Assembly (NCBI GenBank): GCA_010909165.1
Contig: VJWM01000221.1
Span: forward strand, 237,530 to 301,529
Direction: 5' to 3'
Source: Anthoceros angustus
Lineage: Eukaryota > Plantae > Anthocerotophyta
Length of the DNA stretch: 64,000 bases
Shown here: positions 1-12,463 of the stretch, piece by piece
How positions within the stretch are numbered: the stretch's first letter is position 1
Layout: each line of letters opens with the position of its first letter
Notes under the pieces: generated by a model
What the model was told of the DNA's origin: nothing
Seen by the model: only the letters and a program-made list of their open reading frames with translations
The model's database searches: none
Program-made: the position numbers and the translations under genes

Positions 1-644
1 GTATGTGTGCAGCTCTTCCCAAGTACTCCCCCAAGTTATCCCAAAAGAAGAGTGACCACCCCTACCTGTCTTAAGAGACCCCCGAAAGCCTATCTTAACG
101 ATCGCAGGAAGATATGGTACGACTTGCCCAATTATCTGCACTTTAATCAAGTTCCGCAGTGCTGCTAGGCCTGAGAGTAGACAGGACCATAAAGCTTCCC
201 TTGGTTCAAGTCATATGTATCAGCTTGTGTTGGAGCTTTATCCACGGGCCTTCATTTTCAGGACTCCCTGAAATGAATGCGTCAAGCTTTAATAGAGATG
301 GTTTTCGTGTAACTGGATATTTCTGTGCGTAAGACGTGCACGACGGTTTCGGCGGCCTGGTGGCTCGGATTGACGAACCCAAATGCTTCATGGCTTGCAA
401 AGCAAATGTCGCAGTAGGGCCGGAGGAAACCAGGCAGCGAAATGTGAACCCCCATGTCCACAGCATCTTAATTGGAAGCCCTACTTCAAAACTGGACTTA
501 CGTGAAGCTACCAGGAGTGACTTGAGACTCAGGAAGACATATCGTCGTTACCTGAAGGGGAGTATCACTGCTCACCACTGCAAGCACAAGAAAAACTACA
601 CCGCCTACCAAGCCAAAACTGTGTGACCCCCGAAGAGGATCAAG

Positions 645-2226
645 TTAATCTGCCTTCCGCCGAGACTGTTTGGATTTCGTGGGCTTGGGAGTTGTCAGAT
701 ACTTGTGCACATAGAAGTTTCCGAAAAGGACCAGCAAGGAGATCATGTAGTAGAACAGAATCTGCATCTCAGCAATATGTAATGCCGTTGTCAGATAAGT
801 AGAACGATAGCGGAAGTTATCAGTCATCGGTCCTCAACATCCAAAGCATTGCGAGAAGGAGAGCAAAGAGATACACACCTGCAGCAAAAATTTGGGATAT
901 GGCGCTTCGATCACGTGGAGATCATACCAAGCTTGGATCATGTTTACGACAAATTGGGTCATCTGAAGCTGAGTGAGATACCTGAAAATTGAAAGAGGCG
1001 ATTAGACTACCGAGCACTTTGCTTTAAAGCACAAGAAACAAAAACAAGTGAACTTACTTTCCCCAGAACAAGTACTTGCGCCGAGCCTTCTCGTTGTTTC
1101 GCAGAAGGGCAGAGACCATGTAATAAAAGTACATGAAAACGTGTACCCCCGAATTTAGTGCAGCGGAGAAATATGCTGCCAAACAGACAAGCGAAACACT
1201 TTGTTTAGATCCTTCACATGACTAAAACAGCACTTGGTTATACTACGGCCAGTAAGACCTACCATCACCACCGGGGGCGTGATGGGCAATAACCCACCAA
1301 ATGACCGAAATGGAATAGTGATGGTAAACATGAAGCACTGTAATCTGGCGGACATTCCGCTTAAAAATCATAATAATCTGCAGCACAACGGAAGCGAGCT
1401 TGTTCATCTGTCGTCCCTACTTCGAATTTAAATGCAGCCACAATCCATCAACGGTTGGCACATGGAAAACGTTCAGATCTGTAACAAGGTTGAAGGTTAC
1501 CGTATCTGCGAACTCGATGTACTTCGACATATAGAAAAGATAGACGAGACGTGCCATCTGTCAGTTGAACAGGTCAGTCGATGGTCGGGACTACAGTCGA
1601 AAAACTACTAGGAGGCTCACTGTAAATGATCCAAGGACATTGCACTCTGGAGCATCATGCAAGCAGTGCTGTGATCCAAGGAGGGCATCCCTCCAGGTTT
1701 CAGAAAGCAATTCAAAGCCAGTAGAAGACTTACCGGGACTTCCTGTGGCTTGTACGGATTTCCCCAGAGAAGATATCTGTAGACGCCATAGCCAGCCATC
1801 AAGACTCAAATAGGCCAAAACGCTCGTCCCCATTTGCTTTCAGCCACCGGCGGAACACCAAAAGCTAGGGAAAGAAGTCACTCACTTATTTCTTACAGCC
1901 TCATACACAATGCCGACGCACATGTACAGGCTCAGGCCGAAGCAGAAGAGGTTGTGCACCAACACCCATCCCCTCAACAACAGAGGCTCGCTTGCCCTCG
2001 GTTTCAAACCCCGCGCCTTGATGTGCCAAAGGCCCAATAGCACAAACGAAATATACAGAGAAGATCCGACGATCACAGGCACGGGGCTGTCGACTGCTGG
2101 CAATCCCTTGGTGGGAGCAGCAGGAGTGAGCTCCACACCGAATGCAGTTTGGAGACCCCATCGCACTGCTGGTGTCAGCACATCGTCCAAGACCTGGTAG
2201 GCAGAGTGGTACGCTTCAACGGCCAT
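645..2226 (-). CDS. ELO: Delta-6-type polyunsaturated fatty acid elongase (GNS1/SUR4/ELO family), 7 exons, ~297 aa
   Basis: Exons 2226-1886, 1776-1734, 1557-1501, 1377-1263, 1175-1058, 981-879 and 761-645 all have GT-AG ends and join in frame (894 nt). Motifs LFYMSKYIEFADT, LHVYHH, NSGVHVFMYFYY, YLTQLQM and ILFYYMISLL closely resemble the Physcomitrium PSE1 elongase as recalled. Confidence 0.93.
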
Positions 2227-4739
2227 TCTCAGACCCCGGAGCATGCAAGGAGATCTCCAACTGAGCAGAGTGCCCGACACACCAGCTAGTTAGCTTGAGA
2301 GAGAATGCACAGCAACAGTGCTATCTACGCACACAGGACGTCACACAAAACAATCTCATTCAACGAAGAACCGCACCGATATGAGCATGTACACAGACAG
2401 CAATACACACAAGGCCTAGCAGATCACGACATACGGCAAAGCTTGTCCTCGGCACGACAGGGGCAGTCAACAAGAGGCAGAACAAAAAATCCCGCGAAAG
2501 CAATAGACCTATCAATTCCCGACAAGTCATCTTGACAATGTCTGACAATGCGCCCTCACTTTCCATCGGGGTAACACTGACATGGATTTCACGACACAGC
2601 TCTTTCCTGACAGATTCCCAGGCCTTCCAGCTTCAGCGACAGACGACAGGCCTCAAATCAAACACAAGAACGATCTAGCAATGAACAGAAAGAGCGCAAA
2701 TCTGCAACCTCCCGGCTCCGTGAAAGCGCGCTGTTTTCAGAAATGCGAGCTTAATTAGGTCAGGAGCAGCTTCCTCCCAGACTGCTTTGCTCGCAGCCAG
2801 TGATCACCGCATGCTGCCATCACACGCCAAGCACGATTCATGAAACCACGCATGCATTTCCAGGAAGCTCACCTGAGATCCTTCTTGCACGTTGAGGAAT
2901 TTTCGTGTCCCTCGGCCAGCAATGGCAGGCTACTGTGTGACCGCTGCAAGGATTATTCCATTGCCATTTGTGGAAAACAGTAGCCACTATTCCTGACTGA
3001 CCTCAAGGTTTCACCGCATGCAATTTCCGAGCTCAAGCCGCCATTGGTGCGCGCATGGAATGCCCTAAGGCCACGTGGCGGCACAAGCCCCTTCCTCCTG
3101 TCAGCCTGAGTCCTGGAATCACATACCCTGTCCGGCGGGAGGGCTTTTTAGCAGATTCATGGTCTGAAGGGTACCTTACACCTATGAGTCTACAAGTACA
3201 TAAATGTAGAATCCGCTGCCTAGATGTGAGTGGAGAAAAGCATAGAGGACTTTTGGACCACGTACAGGAACATTGTATCTCATCCTACAAGGAGTTCTAA
3301 TGTCAGGAAAACAAAAATGCTGCCCTTTTTCTTTCTTTCCACCAAATGATCTAACAAACATAGATTGGTGCACTTTTATGGAAAAGGGGATAGACCAGAT
3401 GTTAAAAATGGCATCCAGCTGCACTCCGGCTGTCATAATGTTGGCATATATTTATTATATCAATTTAATGATAATATATTATAATAATATTTTTATAATA
3501 ATTATGATATTTTATTTATTTTTGAGCATTTAATTAAATTACTGGAATATAATATCTTTAGGAAGACCTTCAAGAGTGAGAGTAAGACGGAGGAACTATA
3601 AGCGCTTATGACGTCGTGATAAGGGAAATGAAAGGACCTGCATATTAAAACCATTTAGTCAATTTTAATCATCTACTAATTTATCTTGACATTTAAAAAG
3701 ATCGAAACGTATAAATATGCAGAGATGGGAAGTTCCATCTACATCGGGGCAATGAGGAACAACCCTCTAGAGGGCCCAGGCCAAGGGGACTAGGCACCCC
3801 GAATATCTACTCTCAAGCTACCGCTCCCAATATGCCACAGATCTAGAAGTATGGATACTCGTTGTAAGAAGTATTTAAAAAGATTTAAAAATTGAAGTAA
3901 TTTTGTCGGTGTTGATATTGGTACTCCATCAACTCCCTCAGCATAAACATGATGAGCAGGAAGTCAATTTGATGCATAGGCTGGCAGAAAGTGCAAATTT
4001 TCATACATAAGGATTTTATTTCATCATCATGCAATATATCCATCATGCAATATATCCATCGTGTTATGGGAAAGGATTTACAAATGATGTGTCTTATAAT
4101 GGAGTATGATGTACAGGACATACACAAAATTTGATCGCATGGGTTCCCGTCATGTGCTAAAACCTAAACATAGCATTCCAATTGCAGGCGGGCCACCAAT
4201 TTATTTCTCTCGCCCTTGAAATGCATCGGGCGATGGCTAAGGATTTTGATACATTTATCAAGTCCTGCGCCAATACTTATCATACCTGCAGGTCCCTTTC
4301 CTAGGCTTCGTTCATCCAGCAGGTCTCAATTCCCTTCAACATGCCCTTTCCACAGCGATCATCCACGGTGACAACAAGTGATGCATCCTTCTCTTTCTAT
4401 GTTTGTTTGTAGGTTGCTTACTCTTCCAGCGCAATTAGTGACTTCTAGTAGAAAGCTTAGCTGCTCCTTTTCACTACGACCCTCAGGTCTGCCTTGGTTA
4501 TCCTGTGACGGGATGGGCTGTTCCCATCAAATTTTTTCCCAATTAAAAACTCTTAAGTAAAAAAAACAGTATTGATATAAAATCCTTCGTTCCACCCCAC
4601 ATCCAAATTTCCCGATCTTGCAAGCAGAATTGGCGAACAACTAACTTCTGCTGCAGCTCTCCCGTGCGGAGCACACATCGGGAATTCATCGGGAATTATA
4701 TTCCCGCTCGAAAGACAAACCTTGATGCTCCAATCCTTC

Positions 4740-4900
4740 CCTTCGGATTCACCATAACGCATTGCGGTGGGACAATCTATCAAGCACCTGCTATGCATCT
4801 GCGGCTTCCGCACTTAGCATACATACTAACCGAGTGTTCCCAACAAAAGCATCCGATTACGAACCCTTGCCTCACAGTATCAGCAAGTAGCATGCCTGTC
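4740..4900 (-). pseudogene. Degenerate PPR (S-motif) remnant
   Basis: The reverse strand reads FVGNT/VSMYAKCGS across a frameshift, followed by stops. Boundaries are approximate. Confidence 0.55.
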
Positions 4901-5015
4901 CTCTACCCAAGTCTTCTAGCCTGATGCTTATAAGTAAGCTGGCAGATGTGCAGCTGTTGGGTTGGGGAACTTCCCCTAGCACCCGCGCATAGCAGGAAAG
5001 AGCTACCCTGAAGTG

Positions 5016-8000
5016 ATGGCTCTCCGGGAAAACTTCGTTGGGACAAAAAACAAATGCAGCTCGCCTCCATGTCTTCCACACTTGACCTGTGAGCAGACAA
5101 CAAGGTCACCCAAATCCTGTAAGACTCCAGTCCATGTTTGGCTGGATGAGCATGCACTGCCTTCAGCAAGGGTTCTTTGTGCATTCCAGCAACAGGAGCT
5201 TGTAGGTACGGATGGAAGGGATATGGCCACCGTCTTTCAAGCTCCCAACCACCGGGTTCAGGTGAGGAGGGCTGTCAGTTCTAAAGAACGGGGTCGGGCT
5301 GCTGCTCCCAGAGGCGCTTTGCAAGATGGTAGCAGATTGGGTGACGAGCATGCCTGGATGGCACCAATCTCGCAGCATACAAAGTCTGGGCAAAAGAGGA
5401 AGGCCACGAAACTGTATGAAGGGATGCGGAAGGATGGCGTGAAAATGACGCCACATGCTTTTGTGGCTCTGTTGCAAGCATGCAATGGCTTGCAGGATTT
5501 GAGCATCGCTAAGCAAATTCATGCTGATGTAGTAAGAAATGGATTTGAGAACGATTTGTATGTGGGCACCATGCTTGTGAATGCGTACGGCAAATGTGGG
5601 AGCCTGGAGAATGCTCGGCAGGTGTTTGAGAGACTGCCTCATCGTGATGTAGTTTCCTGGACTGCCATGATCTTGGGGTATGCCCAGAAGGAGAAGGGTG
5701 AAGAGGCCCTGCAGTTGTATGGACGAATGCAACAGGAAGGAGTGGTGCCGAATGACCGCACGTATGTTGGTGTGCTGAAGGCATGTAGTACCATTATGGA
5801 GGTGCGGGAGAGACATGGTGGTGATGCCATGCTTGTGAGATCACAGTGTCTGCAAACCGTGAGAGCCGTCCATGCAGATGCTAGGAAGAGAAAGCTCGAG
5901 TTAAACGTGTTTGTAGGGAATAAGCTAGTGGATGCATATTCAAAATGTGGGAGCCTGGTGGATGCTAGACGGGTGTTTGACAACATGCCTGTACACACTG
6001 TGGTTTCCTGGAGTGCCATGATCTTGGGGTACGCCCAGATGGAGATGGGCGAAGAGGCTTTGCAATTGTATACACGGATGCTACAGGAGGGCTTCGTCCC
6101 GAACGACCGAACATATGTTGGTGCACTTAAGGCTTGCAGTTCCCTTGCAGAACGTGTGGTCATGAATGGTGTTCATAGCAAGCGTTCTAGGAAACAATGC
6201 TTGGAAACTGTGAGGACTATTCATGCAGATGCTCAGAAGGAGAAGTTCGACTCAAACATGTTTGTTGGGAATATGCTCGTGGATGCCTATGCAAATGTGG
6301 AGCCTGGAGGATGCTCGACAGGTGTTCGACAAAATGACTCACCGTGATACAATTTCATGGAATTCGATCATCCTAGGGTACTCCCAGATGGAAAGGGGGG
6401 AAGAAGCTTTACAGTTGTACTCGCAGATGAGACAAGAAGGTGTGGTACCAAATGACCGAACATATGTTGCTGCACTTAAGGCTTGCAGTACTACTGCAGA
6501 GTTAGGAGATTTGGATGGCGGTGATGGATTAGCCATGAAGAAGCAATGCCTGAAACTGTGACAGCCATCCATGCAGACGTCACGAGAGGAAAGTTTGAGT
6601 TGGATATATTTGTTGGCACAATGCTTGTGGATGCGTATGCTAAATGTGGAGCCTGGTGGATGCTAGACGGGTGTTTGACAACATGCCTGTACACACTGTG
6701 GTTTCCTGGAGTGCCATGATCTTGGGGTACGCCCAGATGGAGATGGGCGAAGAGGCTTTGCAATTGTATACACGGATGCTACAGGAGGGCTTCGTCCCGA
6801 ACGACCGAACATATGTTGGTGCACTTAAGGCTTGCAGTTCCCTTGCAGAACGTGTGGTCATGAATGGTGTTCATAGCAAGCGTTCTAGGAAACAATGCTT
6901 GGAAACTGTGAGGACTATTCATGCAGATGCTCAGAAGGAGAAGTTCGACTCAAACATGTTTGTTGGGAATATGCTCGTGGATGCCTATGCAAAATGTGGG
7001 AGCCTGGAGGATGCTCGACAGGTGTTCGACAAAATGACTCACCGTGATACAATTTCATGGAATTCGATCATCCTAGGGTACTCCCAGATGGAAAGGGGGG
7101 AAGAAGCTTTACAGTTGTACTCGCAGATGAGACAAGAAGGTGTGGTACCAAATGACCGAACATATGTTGCTGCACTTAAGGCTTGCAGTACTACTGCAGA
7201 GTTAGGAGATTTGGATGGCGGTGATGGATTAGCCATGAAGAAGCAATGCCTGGAAACTGTGACAGCCATCCATGCAGACGTCACGAGAGGAAAGTTTGAG
7301 TTGGATATATTTGTTGGCACAATGCTTGTGGATGCGTATGCTAAATGTGGGAGCTTGGAGAATGCCAGGCAGGTGTTTGAGGAAATGCCTCGACGTGATG
7401 TGGTTTCTTGGACTGCCATGATCTTGGGGTACGCCCAGCTGGATAAGGGTGAAGAGGCCTTGCACTTATATACACGGATGCAAAAAGAAGGGGTGGCACC
7501 AAATGATCGAACATATGTTGGTGCACTCAATGCTTGTGGTAGTGTGGCTGGATTGGAGAGGGGGAAGGAGATCCATGAGCAGATGTTAAAAGCTGGCCTG
7601 GAGCTGGACTCCTACATGCTCAATAGTCTGATTGACATGTATGGGAAATGTTCCAGCATGGTGGATGCGCAAAAAGTGTTTGACGCAATTCCAAGTAGAG
7701 ATGTCGTTGCATGGAATGCATTGATCTCTGGATATGCCCGTCAAGGAGAGAGTGATATTGTGTTCAACTTGTTTAGAAGGTTACAGGAGGAAGGCGTACA
7801 GGCAAACGACATAACATTACTGGCTGTTCTCAATGTCTGCAGTCATGTTGGTCTAGTGCTCAGAGCCCAGAAGTATTTCGAAGCTATGAAAAGCGAGTAC
7901 GACATCACTCCAACAATCCAACACTACAATTGTATGGTCGACCTTCTTGGCCGTGCCGGCCGAGTCGATGAGGCAATGGAAATGGTGAAGAGGATGCCTT

Positions 8001-8419
8001 TCGAGCCTGACACTACTCTCTGGAAAAGTGTGTTAGGAGCTTGCCAAAAGTGGGGAAATGTTGAGATTGGGAAACAGGCATTTGAATGTGCAGTGAGAGT
8101 CGATAAATTTGATCCTGCACCATATGTATTGATGTCAAACATCTACACTGCTGCTCACATGCCAGATGAGGCACAAAAGATTCATGGAGCGAGACTGAAA
8201 TCGCGAGTATGGAAGGAACCAGGACGGAGCTGGTGGGTGGACTTGAGCGGAACAACGCATGTATTTGTGGTGGGGGATCGAGAACATCCTGACACCCAAG
8301 ATGTTTACGCAAAGTTGGGGGATCTGATGGCTTGTCTGAAGACAGAAGGATATGTATGTCACCTTGACCCTCTGGTGCAAGGGATGCAAGAGGAGGAGAT
8401 GGAGGAAGCTGTGCGATGA
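5016..8419 (+). CDS. PLS-class PPR protein (PPR1) with E domain, WW-type PG box and truncated DYW (E+); frameshifted as assembled by an internal duplication
   Basis: ORFs 5013-6347, 6223-6561 and 6644-8419 carry repeated VVSWTAMILGYAQ, PNDRTY and LVDAYAKCGSL motifs, then HYNCMVDLLGRAG and KEPGRSWWVD. Likely an organellar RNA-editing specificity factor. Confidence 0.9.
5951..7350 (+). repeat. Near-identical tandem duplication inside PPR1 (5951-6648, 698 bp; 6649-7350, 702 bp)
   Basis: The copies differ only by four single-base deletions in homopolymer runs, all in the first copy. The intact unit is 234 codons. Confidence 0.9.
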
Positions 8420-8545
8420 TTCAATGAGAAGGTGGGTAGTGCCTTTGCAGCTAGCCCCAAGGACATCAGATGTGTGGTGGCTCGTTAAAACCTTCGCTGT
8501 ATACAGTCTTACATGTAAGATCTTTCGCCCATGTCGCGTGTTGGT
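8420..8545 (+). pseudogene. Decayed DYW deaminase remnant downstream of the PPR1 stop
   Basis: In-frame read-through gives EEAVR*FNEKVGSAF...AR*NLRCIQSYM*, which aligns to the DYW consensus EEALxxHSEKLAIAF...VKNLRxCxDC with the Zn ligands lost. Confidence 0.55.
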
Positions 8546-8887
8546 CCTGCATTTGTGAACACCTGCAAATCTACCGTTGGTTCTGATTTCAAGGTTTCTG
8601 GCACTTACAGTCCGCAGAGCAGCCGGAGCCGGCGGACCTGGATGATCCTGCCAGCGTTGCCGCTGTCTCTCTCTGCAGGGCCTCCTCTGAATGGTGAATC
8701 AAACAGTCACAGTTTCTGTACTTCGAAAGTGATGCCTGTTTGCTTGTTTACATTTCTTCTGTTTTCACAGATTGAATTCACGTACAGTTTGTCCTGAAGA
8801 CATGGCAACTCGCTTCTTCTGGAGGGAACACGGGTACTTGTCAAGGTCTGTCCGCCGATGCTGAATGAGGTCGTACAAAACCAAGCT

Positions 8888-9072
8888 CGTCGCAGCCCGG
8901 CCAGCACTGAGGAAGGGAAGTGCTGCCTTGGACAGGGACGAGCGGCGGGGCTTGGATTTGTTCACAGTAATGCCCTCTTTCTGCTTGGCTTTGCCTTGCC
9001 TTGCCTTGCCTTGCCTTAATGTAGGATTAGATTGTGGATCTAACCTCTTGGATGGACAGTTTCATCGCAGTA
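8888..9072 (+). repeat. Diverged duplicate of the 2OG-oxygenase exon 1 3' part and intron 1 (copy of 9538-9718), including the (CCTTG)n microsatellite
   Basis: Direct alignment by eye from cgtcgcagccc to tttcatcgcagta. Confidence 0.85.
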
Positions 9073-9074
9073 CC

Positions 9075-9528
9075 TTTCCATCTTCTTCAACATCTCGAAG
9101 TAGCTGCAAAACCTGCTCCACCAATCCGGTCCCCTCAGTTCATCAATTTGGCCGCAACAGGCACAGCCGTCGGTCTGCTTCCCCTGCCAATTGGTAACCC
9201 AACAATTCACAACTCCGAGATGTATCCAAGACCATCTGCCACAGGGCTGGCTTAGATCTGGAAGGTGGAAACAGAAACTAATCGGTCATCTCACAAAGTA
9301 AAGCAAAAGACGTGAAGACTAGCTTGGTCCTCCTTGGTTCCTCGCAGATTAGGTCTGCGGTACTTCACCTTCCCTCAACGCTTACACCTTGACGAGATGG
9401 CAAGCTTCTCTGGATCTCTGGGTCTCTTTTAGATTCCTGTCAGTAGATCGGGGTCGTACACACCGCATTCCAGAGCAGAGGCTCGATGTCGAGGCAGGGT
9501 AAGGCTCAGGCAGGAGAGGCGGAAGTAG
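9075..9528. promoter_or_regulatory. Bidirectional promoter copy 1 (inverted homolog of 19283-19752); upstream of the 2OG oxygenase, with a stub of the FYVE4 start at 9093 on the minus strand
   Basis: Aligns in reverse complement with 19283-19752. The minus-strand ATG TTG AAG AAG ATG at 9093 matches the FYVE4 start ATG TTG GAG AAG ATA. Confidence 0.8.
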
Positions 9529-10447
9529 AGGCAAGCACGTCGCAGCCCTGGCCAGCTCTGAGGAAGGGAAATGCTGCCTTGCGCAGGAACGAGTTGCGGG
9601 GCTTGGATTTGTTCACTGTAATACCCTCTTTCTGCTTTGCCTTGCCTTGCCTTGCCTTGCCTTGATGTAGAATTGGATTGTGGATCTGACCTCTTGGCTC
9701 GAGCTTTTCATCGCAGTAACGGAATTGAGAGCATTCCTGTATTGCAGGTCCCCATGTTCCTGTCCACGAAGGAGTGTGAAGGCTTTGTGGAGTGTGCCGA
9801 GACACTTGGGTTTGAGCTTCAGGGCAGCGGGGGGCCTGCCAGAGGAGAGGCCTTCAGAGACAACGGCCGTGTGTCTCTGCAGAGTCCTATATTGGCAGAG
9901 AGGATCTGGGAAGCTGGGCTGGCATCCATGTTTGAGGACATAAGAGTGAGAGGCAGGAGAGCGGTGGGTCTGAACCCCAACATCCGGTTCTACAGGTGAG
10001 TGCGAGGTGGTGTTTGTGCCGTGGCCTGCGGGCTGCTGCTGCTGCATCCTGAAGCCACGCCATGCAGATATGTGGCAGGTCAGAGGTTCGGGAAGCACGT
10101 TGATGAGAGTGTGGCACTTGGTGGAGGACGTGCTACGGAGTACACTCTTCTGGTATACCTGTCAGGAGGGGAATCGAAGTCCAGAAAGGATGCATTGGTT
10201 GGAGGGGAGACAGTTTTCTATGACAGGAGACGCGTGGTTGCGGAGGTGAGTGATAGCCATCATCTTGCATGCTTCTGTGCTGTTTGTGGAACAGGGCTGC
10301 TGAGGGCTGGAGAGTTTTCTGCAGGTGGCTCCAGAGGCCGGCATGGCTCTGTTCCACCTCCATGGAGCCAAGTGTATGTTGCACGAAGCGAAGGTTGTTT
10401 CCAGAGGTGCGAAGTACGTGTTGCGTTCTGATGTAGTTTTTCACTAG
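9486..10447 (+). CDS. 2-oxoglutarate/Fe(II)-dependent oxygenase (prolyl-4-hydroxylase-like fold), 4 exons, 226 aa
   Basis: Exons 9486-9617, 9748-9995, 10068-10245 and 10325-10447 join in frame. Motifs LNPNIRFYRY, HVD (HxD), GGETVF, MLHE and KYVLRSDV are present. Confidence 0.9.
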
Positions 10448-11269
10448 GCCTGCTCTCAAGTCTTGTAGTGAAAGAACGTCAGCGAGTCACACATCTCTTG
10501 CAACCCCGGCTTCGGACACTAGGCGGGATTCCGCCCAGGGCAGGGCATTTGCACCTCCTTCAGCTGAGCAACAAACCAATATGAAGTAACCTCCGTTGTC
10601 TACAGCACTCTCATGTGCACCTCGTTTCAAAGCAACCAAAGAAATGAGAAGACCTGCACTGCCCACATCACTCCTGGAACTCTCTGACTCCTCACTTCTA
10701 CGCTTTACCATACCAATGACTTGCTGCCTTGTGTGATACAAAGTCTTGGGGAAGCACGTCTTTCTCAAGCTGTCCTGACCACAACGCTCCTCAGACCACT
10801 GGTGGCATTGGCTGTGCCCGGAAAGAATCTGTCTTTGACTCCTCGTTACAGACTCCGATTGCGCTTGGGCCTAGGGTCTTTTAAGTGGAGAGCTTATGCA
10901 AGGAGGCCTTGTTTGCTTTCTTCCACATGGATTAGCAGGGGAGGAGAAATTTTTACTACCCAATAACTCTGCTCAATCAAGTTAGATGCGGCAAGCGGCG
11001 ACAATGCCTGAGACGTTGCTAGCACCTAAGTAGCTACAAAGCTTTGAACACGTCCATCAAAGGAAGCTGACAAACTGAATTAGGACTAAAGAAGGGAGGC
11101 CGACAACCTGAATAGGACTCAAGAAGAGGGCAAGTATTAAAAGGGATATATATTATTGAGGGAAAAAATGATGGACAAAAACTCATCCAACAAGGACAAT
11201 CAAAAGGTGTGACTAAGTTCCTTACTTAAAGTTATCTACTACTCCGAACTCTTTACCTAAAGTTATCTA

Positions 11270-11857
11270 CTGTTCCCAAAACATCATATAGAGGAAGAAC
11301 AAATGATAGAACATCATTTGCAGGAAAAACAAACGGCAAGAACATCATTTGCAGGAAGAATAAATGGCAGAACATCATATGTAGGAAGAACAAATGGTCT
11401 ACAAACTATGAAGTGCAAACTAAGAAGGAAGAACATCATATGCAGGAAGAACGAATGGTATGTTTAAGTGAAAAGGAGCAACTAAGCTCTTTCCCTAACA
11501 TTACTTATTGCTCCGAGAACATCATATGGGGGAACAACAAATGGCTTGCACTACAGAGGAAGAGGAGGAAGAACAAATGGTCTGTATAAGTGAAAAGGAA
11601 CAACTAAGCTCCTTACCTAACATTAACTATTGCTCCGAGAACATCATATGGGGGAACAACAATTGGTTTGCAAACTACAGAGGAAGAGGAACAATAAATG
11701 GTCTGTTTAAGTGAAAAGGAGCAACTAAGCTCCTTACCAGAGCATAAAAGGGCAAATATCAATAGTAGACTAGTGCGATGGTCTGTTTAAGTGAAAAGGA
11801 GCAACTAAGCTCCTTACCAGAGCATAAGAGGGCAAATATCAATAGTAGACTAGTGCA
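11270..11857 (+). repeat. Nested tandem repeat array (~30-bp units, then ~120-bp units, then ~79-bp units)
   Basis: Recurrent GAACATCATATG..GGAAGAACAAATGG and TAAGTGAAAAGGAGCAACTAAGCTC motifs. The last two ~79-bp units are almost identical. Confidence 0.85.
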
Positions 11858-12463
11858 TGCATAGGATGGACTTTCCCACCAATTTTTCCCCCTCAATAAA
11901 ATCCTCTCCTTCTAGTGCACTGACATCCCAGTATGATATCACATATATCATTCGAGAAAGCCCCAAACACTCGTACCAGGATCGAATCTACCCAGGGCAA
12001 GGTGGAAGCCAATCAAATGAGAATCACTTGACGAAGATGACAGAACAAGACGAAGATCTGTACCTGTTAGCCACCTCAAGACATGCCAAAGACTGAACAC
12101 CACATTTACGGTGGATTCAGGGACGTCAGACACATGGAGTACAGTACATGGCGCATATTCGTCACCTACCCCTCAATCAAAGGCAGCCCTGAGAAGGTGT
12201 ACGATGGAAAGATTCACAACGTCGCCCGCCAAGCTCAGGGCTCGATGACTTGCTTCCACTCCGTGTTTTGGCCGTTTCCTTTTGAAAGCCAGCTACCCAC
12301 AGGCTGTATACCATGGGAAGGCTTGAATTCAACTGGAAATGCAATTTGGGTTGGGGGGCTGCCAGTGGTTGCTGCTGGCAGTGTTGGGGGTGTTAATGTT
12401 CTCAGCTCCGCCGCAGACTTGCCAGCCAGTCTTGCAATCAAGGGGAAACGTACTTGAATCAAA

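Noticed and set aside
336-626. ORF with PHVH resembling an HUH endonuclease (Rep/Helitron) motif
   Set aside because: No other Rep motifs, no ATG start, and it lies antisense to the probable ELO 3' UTR.
3560-4400. Possible DNA-transposon remnant between ELO and PPR1 (similar case at 38400-39800)
   Set aside because: No terminal repeats, TSD or transposase motif could be identified by eye; left unannotated.
8417-8520. In-frame TGA/TAA stops in the DYW relic as U-to-C editing sites
   Set aside because: Reverse editing is organellar and this is a nuclear gene. The catalytic His and CxxC are also lost, so removing the stops would not restore function.
10480-10960. Minus-strand FRAQPMP peptide resembling a TPX2-family motif, with splice-like sites
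   Set aside because: A single short motif amid stops; not enough support.
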